Both the position numbers and the translations under genes were made by a program. This document shows, piece after piece, positions 50,694 through 64,000 of a stretch of 64,000 nt of DNA (its first letter is position 1; each line of letters starts with the position of its first letter). The notes under the pieces were generated by a model. It was not told where the DNA came from. It worked only from the letters and a program-made list of their open reading frames with translations, and made no database searches. Source of the DNA: Octopus bimaculoides (lineage: Eukaryota); NCBI RefSeq assembly GCF_001194135.2, contig NC_068988.1:28678586-28742585 (forward strand). Direction: 5' to 3'.

Positions 50694-50735
50694 TGTGGAT
50701 TTGAGATTAGGCTGTGCTCATAAAGTTTTTGGTGA

Positions 50736-50741
50736 AATAAA
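50736..50741 (+). terminator. Candidate polyadenylation signal AATAAA
   Basis: First AATAAA, 43 nt after the stop; AATAAA is common in AT-rich DNA, so support is weak. Confidence 0.25.
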
Positions 50742-50858
50742 TTACTTCTCCCATACACCCGGTATGTCAATCGTTCCAAACAACTCCAAACACACATCTT
50801 TGTTTCTCTGTCTTTCCCATTCAGTTATTTTGACAGCTGGACTGTTATCTCTGATATC

Positions 50859-50899
<41 letters not shown>

Positions 50900-51949
50900 T
50901 ATTTGTGTGTGTGTGTTTGTGTGTATGTGTATATATATATATATATATGTATAGATACATATNNNNNNNNNNNNNNNNNNNNNNNNNNNNNNNNNNNNNN
51001 NNNNNNNNNNNNNNNNNNNNNNNNNNNNNNNNNNNNNNNNNNNNNNNNNNNNNNNNNNNNNNNNNNNNNNNNNNNNNNNNNNNNNNNNNNNNNNNNNNNN
51101 NNNNNNNNNNNNNNNNNNNNNNNNNNNNNNNNNNNNNNNNNNNNNNNNNNNNNNNNNNNNNNNNNNNNNNNNNNNNNNNNNNNNNNNNNNNNNNNNNNNN
51201 NNNNNNNNNNNNNNNNNNNNNNNNNNNNNNNNNNNNNNNNNNNNNNNNNNNNNNNNNNNNNNNNNNNNNNNNNNNNNNNNNNNNNNNNNNNNNNNNNNNN
51301 NNNNNNNNNNNNNNNNNNNNNNNNNNNNNNNNNNNNNNNNNNNNNNNNNNNNNNNNNNNNNNNNNNNNNNNNNNNNNNNNNNNNNNNNNNNNNNNNNNNN
51401 NNNNNNNNNNNNNNNNNNNNNNNNNNNNNNNNNNNNNNNNNNNNNNNNNNNNNNNNNNNNNNNNNNNNNNNNNNNNNNNNNNNNNNNNNNNNNNNNNNNN
51501 NNNNNNNNNNNNNNNNNNNNNNNNNNNNNNNNNNNNNNNNNNNNNNNNNNNNNNNNNNNNNNNNNNNNNNNNNNNNNNNNNNNNNNNNNNNNNNNNNNNN
51601 NNNNNNNNNNNNNNNNNNNNNNNNNNNNNNNNNNNNNNNNNNNNNNNNNNNNNNNNNNNNNNNNNNNNNNNNNNNNNNNNNNNNNNNNNNNNNNNNNNNN
51701 NNNNNNNNNNNNNNNNNNNNNNNNNNNNNNNNNNNNNNNNNNNNNNNNNNNNNNNNNNNNNATATATACATATATATATACATATATATATACATATATA
51801 CATATATATATATTCATATATATACATATATACATATATATATATATACATACATATATATGCACATATATATATGCATATATATACACATATATACATA
51901 TATATATACATACATATATATGCGCATATATATATGCATATATATACAC

Positions 51950-51992
<43 letters not shown>

Positions 51993-52076
51993 CTTGTGAA
52001 AATGTAATCTTGAGTGCTAACTACGCATAAGCACACACACATGCACATATACATATGTACACTTCCATAGCATATA

Positions 52077-52175
<99 letters not shown>

Positions 52176-52632
52176 GCAAACACCCGACGTACCGCATGTA
52201 TGTAAACAGAAGTGCAAGAACACCTTTCTCCCTTACATGTATGCTGATATGTGTGCATGAATGTATACAGGGACATATCTCTTCATCTACCTATCTATCT
52301 ATGTGTATATACATACACACACACATATATATTTATATGTATTTATATCTATGCACACACACACACATGCATCCCTTCCTTCTTCCCAGTCTTTATACAC
52401 ACACATCTATCTATCTGTCTATCTATATATCTATAAATGTGTATATGTATATGCATGTATGCATATGTGTATATATATATATATATATATNNNNNNNNNN
52501 NNNNNNNNNNNNNNNNNNNNNNNNNNNNNNNNNNNNNNNNNNNNNNNNNNNNNNNNNNNNNNNNNNNNNNNNNNNNNNNNNNNNNNNNNNNNNNNNNNNN
52601 NNNNNNNNNNNNNNNNNNNNNNNNNNNNNNNN

Positions 52633-52688
52633 TCACCTAGTCGTGTAGGCTTTTCCAATTGTTTTGAAAAACCTACACGACTAGGTGA
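52633..52688. repeat. Short hairpin with 17-bp perfect stem abutting an N-gap
   Basis: TCACCTAGTCGTGTAGG 52633-52649 / CCTACACGACTAGGTGA 52672-52688, plus inner TTTTC/GAAAA. Confidence 0.85.
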
Positions 52689-52809
52689 AAAGCGCTTCAT
52701 TTAATATGTGACATTAATAAAAATCTGTAAATGTACAAACATCCAGGTTTCTGAGTACCTTAATTAAAATTTTTTTCTATATAATTTCTGTACATCACCT
52801 CCAAACCTT

Positions 52810-52840
<31 letters not shown>

Positions 52841-54110
52841 CATCATCATCATCAATATATATGTATGGATATATGTGTAAAAATGTATTTGTACATATGT
52901 ATACATACATACAAACGTATATTCACACATGTATATTTATGTATATATCCATGCATACATATAGATAGTATGTGTCTGCGTTTGTGCGTGTGTGTATGCA
53001 CGTGTGTGTGTGTTTATATTTATATATAAATGTGGTTATGAATATGTGTGTGTATATATAACACAAACACATGCACACAAACACATATACACACACACGC
53101 CACACACACACACACATACACACACACATTATAATTCTGATCTGCCATAGCAAGGCCAAAAACCAGTTGTTAAAATTCAGTATTCTCATATTAACAGTGC
53201 ACAGTATCACCAAAGTCCAGTAACAAAGTGGTGTAAATTCAGTGATGTCTCTTGTTCCGGACTGGTACGAAACAAGATAAGTACAGAGCCCTAATATTCA
53301 TGAATAAATGAAAGACAAAAGAAGAGGAGTTCATATTTTTTTCATAAGAGCAGTTATGTAATCACTGTCACTAGCTTACAGCCGTTTCTGCTACTGTAAC
53401 CATGGAGTTAAGTACTAGTCTCACATTTTATAGCCTCCTGTCACACCGGGACTTAACTCTGGTTGTGCTATAAAGCTGAAACATGTTAATGTAGGTGATT
53501 GCGCAAGGTGCCATGCAGTGGGGACTGAACTTCTTAAGTACACAGCAAAGCCTATGCCATGGCTGTGTGCTATGAAGTTTGCTTCCCAATCACATGATTT
53601 TGGGTTCAGTCCTGCTGCATGGCACCTTGGGCAAGCATCTTCTTCTATAGCTCCTGGCCAACAAAAGTCTTGTGAGTTGATTTAGTAGATGGAAACTAAA
53701 AGAAACCTGTCGTGTGTGTGTGTGTTTGTGCGTGTGTGTGCATGTGTGTGTATGTTTGTGCTACTGTCTTATTTCCTTGACATCATATAATAGTTGTAAA
53801 TAAGTATCACTGTAAATCCGGTGCTGTCCTTCATTTCCAATATTCCGTGAGAAGATGTGGGCAGGGGGAAGTATTATTTTAGTTGGAAACTGATAGGGTT
53901 GGGACAGGAAGAGCATCCAGCTGTAGGAAATCTGCCTCAACAAATTCTGTCTGATCCATGCAAACATTGAAAAGTGGATGCTTAAATGATGAGGATGAAG
54001 ATATAGCACCAACTTACTGTAAAGCACCAACAGCAAATATCTTCGACTATGACTGCAAACAAACCAAGGCCTTGTCATTGGATTTCGTGGATGGAAACTT
54101 TAAGAAACCC

Positions 54111-54157
<47 letters not shown>

Positions 54158-54170
54158 GTATATATTTATG

Positions 54171-54217
<47 letters not shown>

Positions 54218-54222
54218 GTCTA

Positions 54223-54253
<31 letters not shown>

Positions 54254-54894
54254 GTATTATATGTATATATGTATATATACATTATGTATTATATGTATAT
54301 ATACATTATGTATATATATGTATATATGTATATATATATGTATATATATATATGTGTATATATGTATATAAATAAGTATATATATATGTATATATACATA
54401 TGTATATATATATATGTATATGCATATATATATGTATATNNNNNNNNNNNNNNNNNNNNNNNNNNNNNNNNNNNNNNNNNNNNNNNNNNNNNNNNNNNNN
54501 NNNNNNNNNNNNNNNNNNNNNNNNNNNNNNNNNNNNNNNNNNNNNNNNNNNNNNNNNNNNNNNNNNNNNNNNNNNNNNNNNNNNNNNNNNNNNNNNNNNN
54601 NNNNNNNNNNNNNNNNNNNNNNNNNNNNNNNNNNNNNNNNNNNNNNNNNNNNNNNNNNNNNNNNNNNNNNNNNNNNNNNNNNNNNNNNNNNNNNNNNNNN
54701 NNNNNNNNNNNNNNNNNNNNNNNNNNNNNNNNNNNNNNNNNNNNNNNNNNNNNNNNNNNNNNNNNNNNNNNNNNNNNNNNNNNNNNNNNNNNNNNNNNNN
54801 NNNNNNNNNNNNNNNNNNNNNNNNNNNNNNNNNNNNNNNNNNNNNNNNNNNNNNNNNNNNNNNNNNNNNNNNNNNNNNTATATATATAATATAT

Positions 54895-54926
<32 letters not shown>

Positions 54927-55279
54927 AGCAGTTGAACTTGGCTTTTGAATGACACTCATCATGAGCAAATCAGTTTATGAAGAATTTTTCTAACATAAAA
55001 TGCCTTGGGCAATGAACAGTGAGTCAAGTAACAAACAGACAAGGCATCAGCAATGAATGGTGACCAGCTGTGAGTGCAAGCATCATTTGCTGTGAGGCAG
55101 CATCATTTGCTGTCAGGCTTTGTTTTGCTCAGAGCACATCCTTGCTTGAATTTGCTGTGACTTCTCTTGAATTTTTTGGAAAAGTAGTTTTGGTTTATGA
55201 ACAGTGCAAGTGACAAATGCCCTTCAGGCACAAATTAAATTCGTAAACCAAGGTTCCATTGCTTATGTACACATAGATA

Positions 55280-55334
55280 TCTGTCTGTCTGTCCATCTAT
55301 GTGTCTATCTATCTATCTATCTATCTATCTGTCC

Positions 55335-55394
<60 letters not shown>

Positions 55395-55573
55395 GTCTGT
55401 CTGTCTGTCTGTCTGTGTCTGCCTGCCTGCCTGCCTGCCTGCCTGTCCGTCTGTCTGCATGCCTGCCTGCCTGCCTGCCTGTCTGTCTGTCTGTGCATCT
55501 ATGTATCTATCTATATTTATCTCTCTATCTGTCCATCTATATGTCTATCTATTTGTCTGTCTGTCTGTCTGTC

Positions 55574-55640
<67 letters not shown>

Positions 55641-55790
55641 CTGTGTCTATCTGTCTGTCTCTCTCTCTCTATCTATGTGTCTACTTATCCATCCATCTGT
55701 ATCTATCTGTTTGTCTGTCTGTCTGTCTGTCTGTGTCTATCTATACATCCATCTATCTATGTAACCATCTATGTGTCTGTCTGTCTGTGT
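55280..55790. repeat. Compound tetranucleotide microsatellite (TCTA/TCTG/CCTG/TC)
   Basis: Direct reading; it explains the spurious IYLS/VCLS ORFs. Confidence 0.95.
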
Positions 55791-58700
55791 GTCCGTGTGT
55801 GTATAAGTGCACTGTGGTCTAGACATCATATGATGATTGTAAACGAGTATCGTTGCTGCACAGTAGAGGTCTCTCATTTATAATTTTCTGTGAAAATCAT
55901 GCCTAGCTATGGAAAAGTATTGAAGTATTAAACTGCTCGGAAACAGGTGAAAGTTGGCAGCAGAAAGAGCATTCTGCTGTACAAAATCTGCTTCTACAGA
56001 TTTCATGTGACTCCTGCAGACTTAGAAAACTTGATGTGAAAAATGTTGGCAATATATTTGTATGTGTGTGTGTGTGTTTGTAAGTGTGTGTGTGTGTTTG
56101 TAAGTGTGTGTGTGTGTGTTTGTAAGTGTGTGTGTGTATGTGCGTGTGTGTATGTATATGTACACACACATATATATACATAGAAAACATGATATTTCAC
56201 ATTCTATAAAACACACATATTTTGGCAAACTACTTCCAGTATTACATAATTGTGTGTTGAAACCTCGTGTGTCAAATCACCTCTTCAGTACTGAGCAAAA
56301 AACATGTGGATTGATGCTCTGCATTGTACCGAACTGCTTAACTTGAACTTCGGTTACATGTTGTGTTCCACAGCACATATATATTATATTTATATATTTG
56401 TATACATATACCTCTTTGTGTGTGTGTGTGTGTGTGTGTGTGTACGCTTATGTCTCTGTGAATGTTGCTTTGCATGAGTTACAAATAGTGAAGCTTGTTG
56501 CCATTTCCATTGACAAATCATCTGCTGACTTGGGTTTTTGAAGAATCATAGAATAAAGAGATCCCTTACTTGGAAAGAGACAAAAAGGTTAATGATAGGG
56601 AGGACGTCCACCTGTAAAAGCATTGCTTCTATATTACTTATTCATGGTGCCCCACCATGGCTGCAGTCCAGTGACTAAAACAAATAAAGGATAAAAGATA
56701 AATNNNNNNNNNNNNNNNNNNNNNNNNNNNNNNNNNNNNNNNNNNNNNNNNNNNNNNNNNNNNNNNNNNNNNNNNNNNNNNNNNNNNNNNNNNNNNNNNN
56801 NNNNNNNNNNNNNNNNNNNNNNNNNNNNNNNNNNNNNNNNNNNNNNNNNNNNNNNNNNNNNNNNNNNNNNNNNNNNNNNNNNNNNNNNNNNNNNNNNNNN
56901 NNNNNNNNNNNNNNNNNNNNNNNNNNNNNNNNNNNNNNNNNNNNNNNNNNNNNNNNNNNNNNNNNNNNNNNNNNNNNNNNNNNNNNNNNNNNNNNNNNNN
57001 NNNNNNNNNNNNNNNNNNNNNNNNNNNNNNNNNNNNNNNNNNNNNNNNNNNNNNNNNNNNNNNNNNNNNNNNNNNNNNNNNNNNNNNNNNNNNNNNNNNN
57101 NNNNNNNNNNNNNNNNNNNNNNNNNNNNNNNNNNNNNNNNNNNNNNNNNNNNNNNNNNNNNNNNNNNNNNNNNNNNNNNNNNNNNNNNNNNNNNNNNNNN
57201 NNNNNNNNNNNNNNNNNNNNNNNNNNNNNNNNNNNNNNNNNNNNNNNNNNNNNNNNNNNNNNNNNNNNNNNNNNNNNNNNNNNNNNNNNNNNNNNNNNNN
57301 NNNNNNNNNNNNNNNNNNNNNNNNNNNNNNNNNNNNNNNNNNNNNNNNNNNNNNNNNNNNNNNNNNNNNNNNNNNNNNNNNNNNNNNNNNNNNNNNNNNN
57401 NNNNNNNNNNNNNNNNNNNNNNNNNNNNNNNNNNNNNNNNNNNNNNNNNNNNNNNNNNNNNNNNNNNNNNNNNNNNNNNNNNNNNNNNNNNNNNNNNNNN
57501 NNNNNNNNNNNNNNNNNNNNTATATATGTTGAGTTAAGTAAAACCAATATTGTAGCTGTGACCAGTGCTCTCTGTCTGGCTCCCGTGCCGAGGGCACATA
57601 AAAAGTGCCATCCGAATGTGGTCATTGCCAGGCCTGCCTGACTGGCTCCTGTGCTAGTGGCATGTAAAAAGCACCTACTACACTCTTGGAGTGGTTGGCA
57701 TTAGGAAGGGCATCCAGCTGTAGAAACATTACCAAATCAGATTGGAGCCTGGTGCAGCCACTGGCTCTCCAGACCTTGGTCAAACCATCCAACCCATGCC
57801 AGCATGGAAAACGGACGTTAAACGATGATGATGATGATGACATAAAGAACCAGAAGAAATGCTGCTAAGTATTTTGTCTGATGCGTTAATGATTCTGCCA
57901 TCTTGCTGCCTTTCAGAACTCTATAATGATGGTTTCAAATTTAGGCACAAGGCCAGTAATTCTAGGGGAGGGTTAAGTCAATTACATCCACCTCAGTGCT
58001 CAGGTACTTATTTTATTGACCCTGAAAATGACAACCTCAGCAGAATTTGAACTCAGAGTATAAAGAGCCGGAAATCCACTAAAGGCCTTGGAAGATTGGA
58101 CTGTCATGATGAAGTTGGTTATTTGATTACATTACAGGGTAACATGGGAAATGCCTTTTTGCAAGGCTGCAGGTTGAGCTGGGACTCATGAATGGAATTC
58201 ATTAAATGGAATGTAAAGGACAGTAAGTGTAAGTGCAAATGCCATCTTTATCACATTCTATATTTTGGTTTGTCTGGGGAATACACACAGGCATTCCATT
58301 GGTTACCATGAAGAACATTCCAGTTGATCTGATCAATGGAACAACCTGCTCGTGAACTGAATGTGCAACTGGCTGAGCACTCCACAGATATACTCTCAAT
58401 GTAGTTCTCAGGGAGATTCAGCACGACACAGAATATTACAAGGCTGGCCCTTTTCAAATACAGGTGCAGTTCATTTGTGCCAGCTGAGTGGACCCGAGCA
58501 GTGTGACATAAAGTGTCCTGCACAAGGACACGATGCATCTGCAGGCATTGAACTCAAGACTTTACAATCGCGAGCTGAACCACTAAGCCTTGTGCCTTCA
58601 CATCAGGGGAATACTCAGCCACATTATAATTCTTTGAATAGCTTCTCAGTTAAATGGACAACTGAAAATTACTGCAGCTAAACCAACATTGTATCCACTC

Positions 58701-59079
58701 CCTATTATGCTTGTGTGTGTGTGTGTGTGTGTACCCCAACACACTCCTACTCTACCTTCCCACTCCATCCCATCCAATTCCTTACACTGACCCCTACCCA
58801 CATACCACTACCTCTACCCCCACCCTCAGCCTAACCCCCACTCCACCCATGCCTTCCCCACCTCCCAACACCCTCATCACACCACGCACACACTACAACT
58901 GACCAACTCCTTTCTCCCCTCCATTTTCACACATGCATACGTCAAGATCACCAGCCTTCTCTCTCTCACACACACAGCTCCTTGTTCTTCGATCACCGTT
59001 CTTTCTCCCCTTTGTTATCTCCCCTTTGTCATCTCCCCTTTGTTATCTCCCCCTTTTCTTAGCTCTCCTGTGTAAACTT

Positions 59080-59300
59080 TCTAACTTCCGGTCAGGAGAA
59101 GCTATGATAGATCGTTGACCAAATACCATTCAATTTTTTTTCTCCGTGTTTTTCTCCTTGTTTTCTCCGTATTCTTTCTGTTGAAGAGCATAGCTCGAAA
59201 CGTTAAGGACTTTCCGTATTCCCGAGTGTCATACTAATACATCCTTTTGTTGTTTACACCACCTGAGCTCGTCTGTTGTTGTTTTTTTTCGTACATTCTC
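59080..59300 (+). mobile_element. CpG-retaining repeat with a degenerate hammerhead-like core (PLE-terminal type)
   Basis: CTGTTGA-A-GAGC-ATA-GCTC-GAAA-CGTT at 59178-59204. Confidence 0.4.
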
Positions 59301-61029
59301 CTGCATATATACACACATATATATGCATATGTGTGTGTGTAAATATATATGTATATAGCATCATCATTTAACATCTGCCTCTCATGCTGGTTGAAAAGAA
59401 TTCAGTGAACCATAGGAGTGTGTCAAACCCCAGTGTTTGCTTTAGCATGGTTTCAATGGCTGGATGCCATTCCTAATGCCATCCACTTTACAGGGTGTAC
59501 TGAGTACTTTTATCGTGGTACTGGCACTTCAATTCTTGTAAAAATTCAAGGAGTCTATTATTCAACAAAAAACTCAGTATTATATCGGAAATATATTTGT
59601 TTATTATAAGTTTTGCTTCATAAGCTTTCGAAAATGGATTTGAAACTTTGAATAAGCATTGGCAAGGGAAACTTAAAATCAAAGACAACTAAAGCTGAAG
59701 GATAAAAAAAAAAGTGAGGAAAGGTGTATGAACATGTAAAGGGAGGTTTTAAAATAGAAGAGATAAAAAGAAGTGTTTTTGAAACATTTTTTTACAGTTG
59801 GAGAGTTTTAAGAGTTCAAAGATGATAAATTGGTAAAATTCAGTGTTAAATTATGCAGTGGGGTGGAAACAGCTGAAGCAAGTGGAGTGCCAAGCGTGTC
59901 AAAGTTAGGTGGTTGGGTGGTGAAAATAAGAAAGGCAGGAAGAGAGGAAAAGGAAAACTCCTTTGGCAAGAGTGCAAATTGGAGGGGAGGTAATGAGATG
60001 AGGAGAACAGGAAATGTGTGTGTGTGTGAGTTTGCAAGCTAAAGTGTTGGTGGCAGGGAAAGTGTAAAATACAGTATTGAAGAAAAAGTATGAAGGTGTT
60101 AAATAGTCATGAAGCAAGGAGGAACTGGCTGTGATAGGAAGAAGGTGTGTAGTTCATGATAGACATGCATTCAACAGCAGAAATATTTTCTATATTATTC
60201 CTGGATAGGTTTTCTTATGAACGGCATCATATATTGTTTCAGTAATGATAGCATGGGACACAGGGAAGTAGAACCTTAAAATTTTGTAGCGTTTTCTCTT
60301 CAGAGATCTCTCAATCATGCTAAAAATTAGGGATTTTTGGGCTTTTTGTTTATCCATGAAATGCAATCTGTTTAGTATAAAAGTCATAAAAAATATAACG
60401 ATTACATGAATTTGGATGATATAATGAGTGTTAATATACACTTTGAATGTGGTTTCTCCTGTTACTGATTTTTAGCTGTTGCCATATCCTTTCATGTGCC
60501 TAAATTGATTGAATACAGTAAAGTTTATTACACATAATTTACTCTAAAGTCTCTATTTGTAAAATATCTAATTAACAAATTTACAGGTTAAGTCATGCTG
60601 GAAATTCCTAAAAAGGATGAAACAGTACTAAACATGATTACCACTTGCTAGAAATTGTAAGAACTTCACCATAGATAACAGTAGTAGAAAAAGAATTTAA
60701 ATTAGATTTATATATATGAGAACTCTTTGTATCCTCTTTTTATTCCTTGATTTCATATTCAAATTTCTAATCCTGCTACTCAGTGTGAGGTGATAGTTAC
60801 TCCCCTTCGTATTAATGGTAATCCAGAGGGCACTATAAAGTAATTTTCAGATTAAATCTTAAGTAAATAAATAATAATAAATTAATGATTGATATAAATA
60901 TTCCACTGGATTCTACCTCAGCTGTGGAANNNNNNNNNNNNNNNNNNNNNNNNNNNNNNNNNNNNNNNNNNNNNNNNNNNNNNNNNNNNNNNNNNNNNNN
61001 NNNNNNNNNNNNNNNNNNNNNNNNNNNNN

Positions 61030-61071
<42 letters not shown>

Positions 61072-61839
61072 GCTGAGATTGACTTTGCCTTTCATCCTTT
61101 TGGGGTCGATAAAGTAAGTACCAGTCAAATACTGAGGTTCATGTAATCGCCTTGCCTTCCTTCCTTCCCACAAATTTTGGGTCTTGTTTGTATAATAGAA
61201 AGGATTATTATCTATAAAGAACATATGGATTACATTGGTATCTCTTGGTAATGTGTAATTTAACTTATAACCACTGAATTTTAGCAAAAAAACAAGGCAA
61301 AATTACAGCATATTTAGTGAGAAAGTAAGCAAAACAGGTAGACAGCTTTTTTGGAATATTCTCTTAGAAATATTTTTAACATCAGAGGCGATTGTTCTGC
61401 TTTCAGTTACAAGTGTGAGGACTGTTGGCCAAGTCTTTGTGAGCTTTTCAATGACAGCAACAAAGGGCAGCAAGTACTTTTGCCAAGTGCAGTGACTGTA
61501 GCAAACTACAAGTGGGGAATAAAGTTTCTCTGCAATCGAGCCAGTTTGTGACACGGTTGCAGCATACAACAGTGTTTTCTTATTTTGAGACAGCATAGTT
61601 TTATTTATCAAAAGTTGTTCCTCACATCACACTCTTTTTCTGTCTGCCTACTAATAAAATCGCTTCATCTTACATTTATGATGATCTCAGAGGAATCGGT
61701 TGTGATAGCTTGTGTAAAGTTTGTACATGTTTAGACAAACTATAATTTTTTTGCTGAACAAGTTTTGTTAAAAGGTTTATTCATGTTATGACAAGTGAAA
61801 ATCATGTCAATCTGACCTTCCATATTTTTTTATAGATAT

Positions 61840-61874
<35 letters not shown>

Positions 61875-62312
61875 CCTAGATCCTAGATGCAAAGTTGAGT
61901 CAGTATTACGTTAATGCACAACAAGCCTTTTTTGCCATGAATATGCACTACTGAAATTCAGATACATCTAATATGCCAATGTGGTTTTTATTCCATCAAA
62001 TACAGCAACTAAAAGATATATTTTTGTATAGAATTGGCCTTCTGTAGAATAAGTCAGAAAATCACTTTCTATAGAGCATCAGTTCCTTGTATTGTTTATT
62101 CATTTATTCCACCCTTTCCTGGTGTCTTTCTTTTATGCAGTTTTTCCACAACATTGGTGAAAGTTTCAAAACTGTTTCTGTAAGATATTTCTTTGAGTGT
62201 ATCTAACTATTATACCTACATTCTTATTGAAATTCTTCTTTGCATTCCAGATTGAGAAGTGTGTGTGTGTGTGTTCATTTAAGTAAACTTAAATAGTGAA
62301 TTATCTTTTATC

Positions 62313-62560
62313 TTAAGCCTGGTGCTTATTCTAATTGGTCTCTTTTGCTAAACTGCTAAATTATGGGGATGTAAACACACCAACACCGGTCGTCAAGTGG
62401 TGGTACGGAACAAACACAGACACATATATATGACAGGCTTCTTTCAGTTCCTGCCTACCAAATCTGCTCACAAAGCCTTGGTCGGCCCAAGGCTGTAGTG
62501 GAAAACACTTGCCACGCAGTGGGACTGAACCTGGAACCATGTGGTTGTAAAGCAAGCCCC
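62313..62560 (-). mobile_element. SINE family A
   Basis: ..TTCTTTCAGTTCCTGCCTACCAAATCTGCTCACAAAGCCTTGGTCGGCCC..GTGGGACTGAACCTGGAACCATGTGG. Confidence 0.8.
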
Positions 62561-62849
62561 TTTACCATTTAGCCCTTGTCTGCACCTGGCAGCAATATCA
62601 TATTTCATGGGAAGATATTTCCTTGCATAAATTTGTGGGTTGTTACTGCCGATGTGGATGATATCTTCATTCCGTATTGGTAAGGCGCAATTGATGCTTT
62701 TTATCATAATAGAGAGCTCTGGAGATATATTTATCTGTTTTTTTTTTTAAAATCAAGTATTTAGCAGATATCTAAATAATATATACTTCTATACTATGAC
62801 CCCTCTTTTTCTTTTAAATCTGACATTGTAACAGTATCTCATTTGTTGT

Positions 62850-63045
62850 TGTCTGATCCATTGTCTGATCATTTGTCTGATCCATTGTCTCATCATTTGT
62901 CTGATCCATTGTCTGATCATTTGTCTGATCCATTGTCTCATCATTTGTNNNNNNNNNNGTTGTCTGATCCATTGTCTGATCATTTGTCTGATCCATTGTC
63001 TCATCATTTGTCTGATCCATTGTCTGATCATTTGTCTGATCCATT
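62850..63045. repeat. 12-nt minisatellite with 48-nt higher-order unit, spanning a 10-N gap
   Basis: Units TGTCTGATCCAT (A), TGTCTGATCATT (B) and TGTCTCATCATT (C) in the order A-B-A-C. Confidence 0.9.
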
Positions 63046-63374
63046 ATACCAATCTATTTTCCTAGCCAACTGCTTTCTGCTCACTTTAAGCCATACTTAA
63101 ATCCAGTGCTTATCAAAGAGGGCAGTGCTGTGACCCCTGGGGAGAGGGTCTAAAATTTTATATGGGTACTAGTGATAAAGTGGAGGCAATGGAGACAGGG
63201 AAGGGTGGGCATAGCTGCAACTGGAATTGATTGTTGTTGGTCTTTGTCTTCTATTTGAATCTTTCTCATTTATCTTTTACTTGTCCCAGTTATTGCACTT
63301 CCATTAGCTTGAAGGGCTTCTTTTTAGTTGAACTAATTAACCCCACTACTAATTTTTTATTATGTGTGGTTGGT

Positions 63375-63650
63375 TTGTATTCTGTTGCTTTCTCTTTTGC
63401 CAACCTGCTAAGTAATGGGAATGTAAACAAAGCAACAACAGTTGTCATATGGTGCTGGTGGGAACAACACACACACACACACACACACATATGATGGGCT
63501 TCTGCACAATTTCTGTCTACCTAATTCACTCATAGGCATTGGTCAGCCTGGGGCTATAGTTGAGGGCATTTGCTCAAGCTGCACAGTGGGACTGAACCCA
63601 AGACCACATGGTTGCAAAGCAAGCTTCCTACCTAGACAGCCGTGCCTGTA
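63375..63650 (-). mobile_element. SINE family A
   Basis: CTCTTTTGCCAACCTGCTAAG..(CA)n..GTGGGACTGAACCCAAGACCACATGG..CAGCCGTGCCTG. Confidence 0.8.
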
Positions 63651-63968
63651 TAAGGAATGTAAATATAACGTTATGTTAAATTCTTTGTTTTCCACAATCA
63701 CAACAACATCAACAATAATACCAAACACCAAAATGTGATTAGGTCAATAAACAAAACCAAATATATGTCACCAATGTGTGTGAATAATAAAGAATGACTT
63801 AAAGAATAATTCAAAAGACATTGTAAAGATTTGTGGCTATATCCATATATGGAACACTGACACACACACGCACACACACACACACACATATGCAACAATG
63901 ATATACACACACATATCTACATATGCATTTATATATGTATGTATACATGTATGTGTATATGTACATGA

Positions 63969-64000
<32 letters not shown>

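Noticed and set aside
50742-57625. Long ORFs of 200-500 aa (IYIY, VCVC, THTH, X-rich)
   Set aside because: Artefacts of microsatellites and N-runs.
59780-60040. Possible CR1/L2 3' end on the minus strand
   Set aside because: Only an FP..W-like spacing can be imagined; purine-rich low complexity could explain it.

Overview
AT-rich, repeat-dense animal genomic DNA with about 15 N-gaps. It is inferred to be octopus/coleoid cephalopod from the tRNA/CORE-type SINE families and microsatellite load. It is not prokaryotic: no CRISPR, rRNA or intact tRNA gene is supported. One protein-coding gene is well supported, a + strand 11-finger C2H2 transcription factor of the ZNF366(DC-SCRIPT)/ZNF710 family. 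Its four coding exons are 28743-32303, 41530-41764, 46493-46594 and 49435-50693 (5157 nt, 1718 aa), giving a very long Q-rich N-terminus (54-Q tract) and an acidic C-terminus. Candidate 5' exons lie at ..2542 and 20768-20791. Three of the coding exons are missed or only partly shown by the ORF track. The rest is SINEs, hAT/piggyBac/Merlin-like MITEs, fossils of mariner, Penelope-like and RTE elements, and microsatellites. Most notable observations: (1) a TIR/TSD-bounded MITE whose cargo is a telomeric (CCCTAA)n array, with empty paralogous sites in the same window; (2) a 59-nt copy of the gene's own last exon pasted into the preceding intron with microhomology junctions; (3) several long intronic hairpins; (4) a minimal hammerhead-like motif; (5) an overlapping uORF; (6) a sharp CpG-depletion boundary near 18.5 kb. 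Family names and human sequence comparisons are from recall, not database searches.
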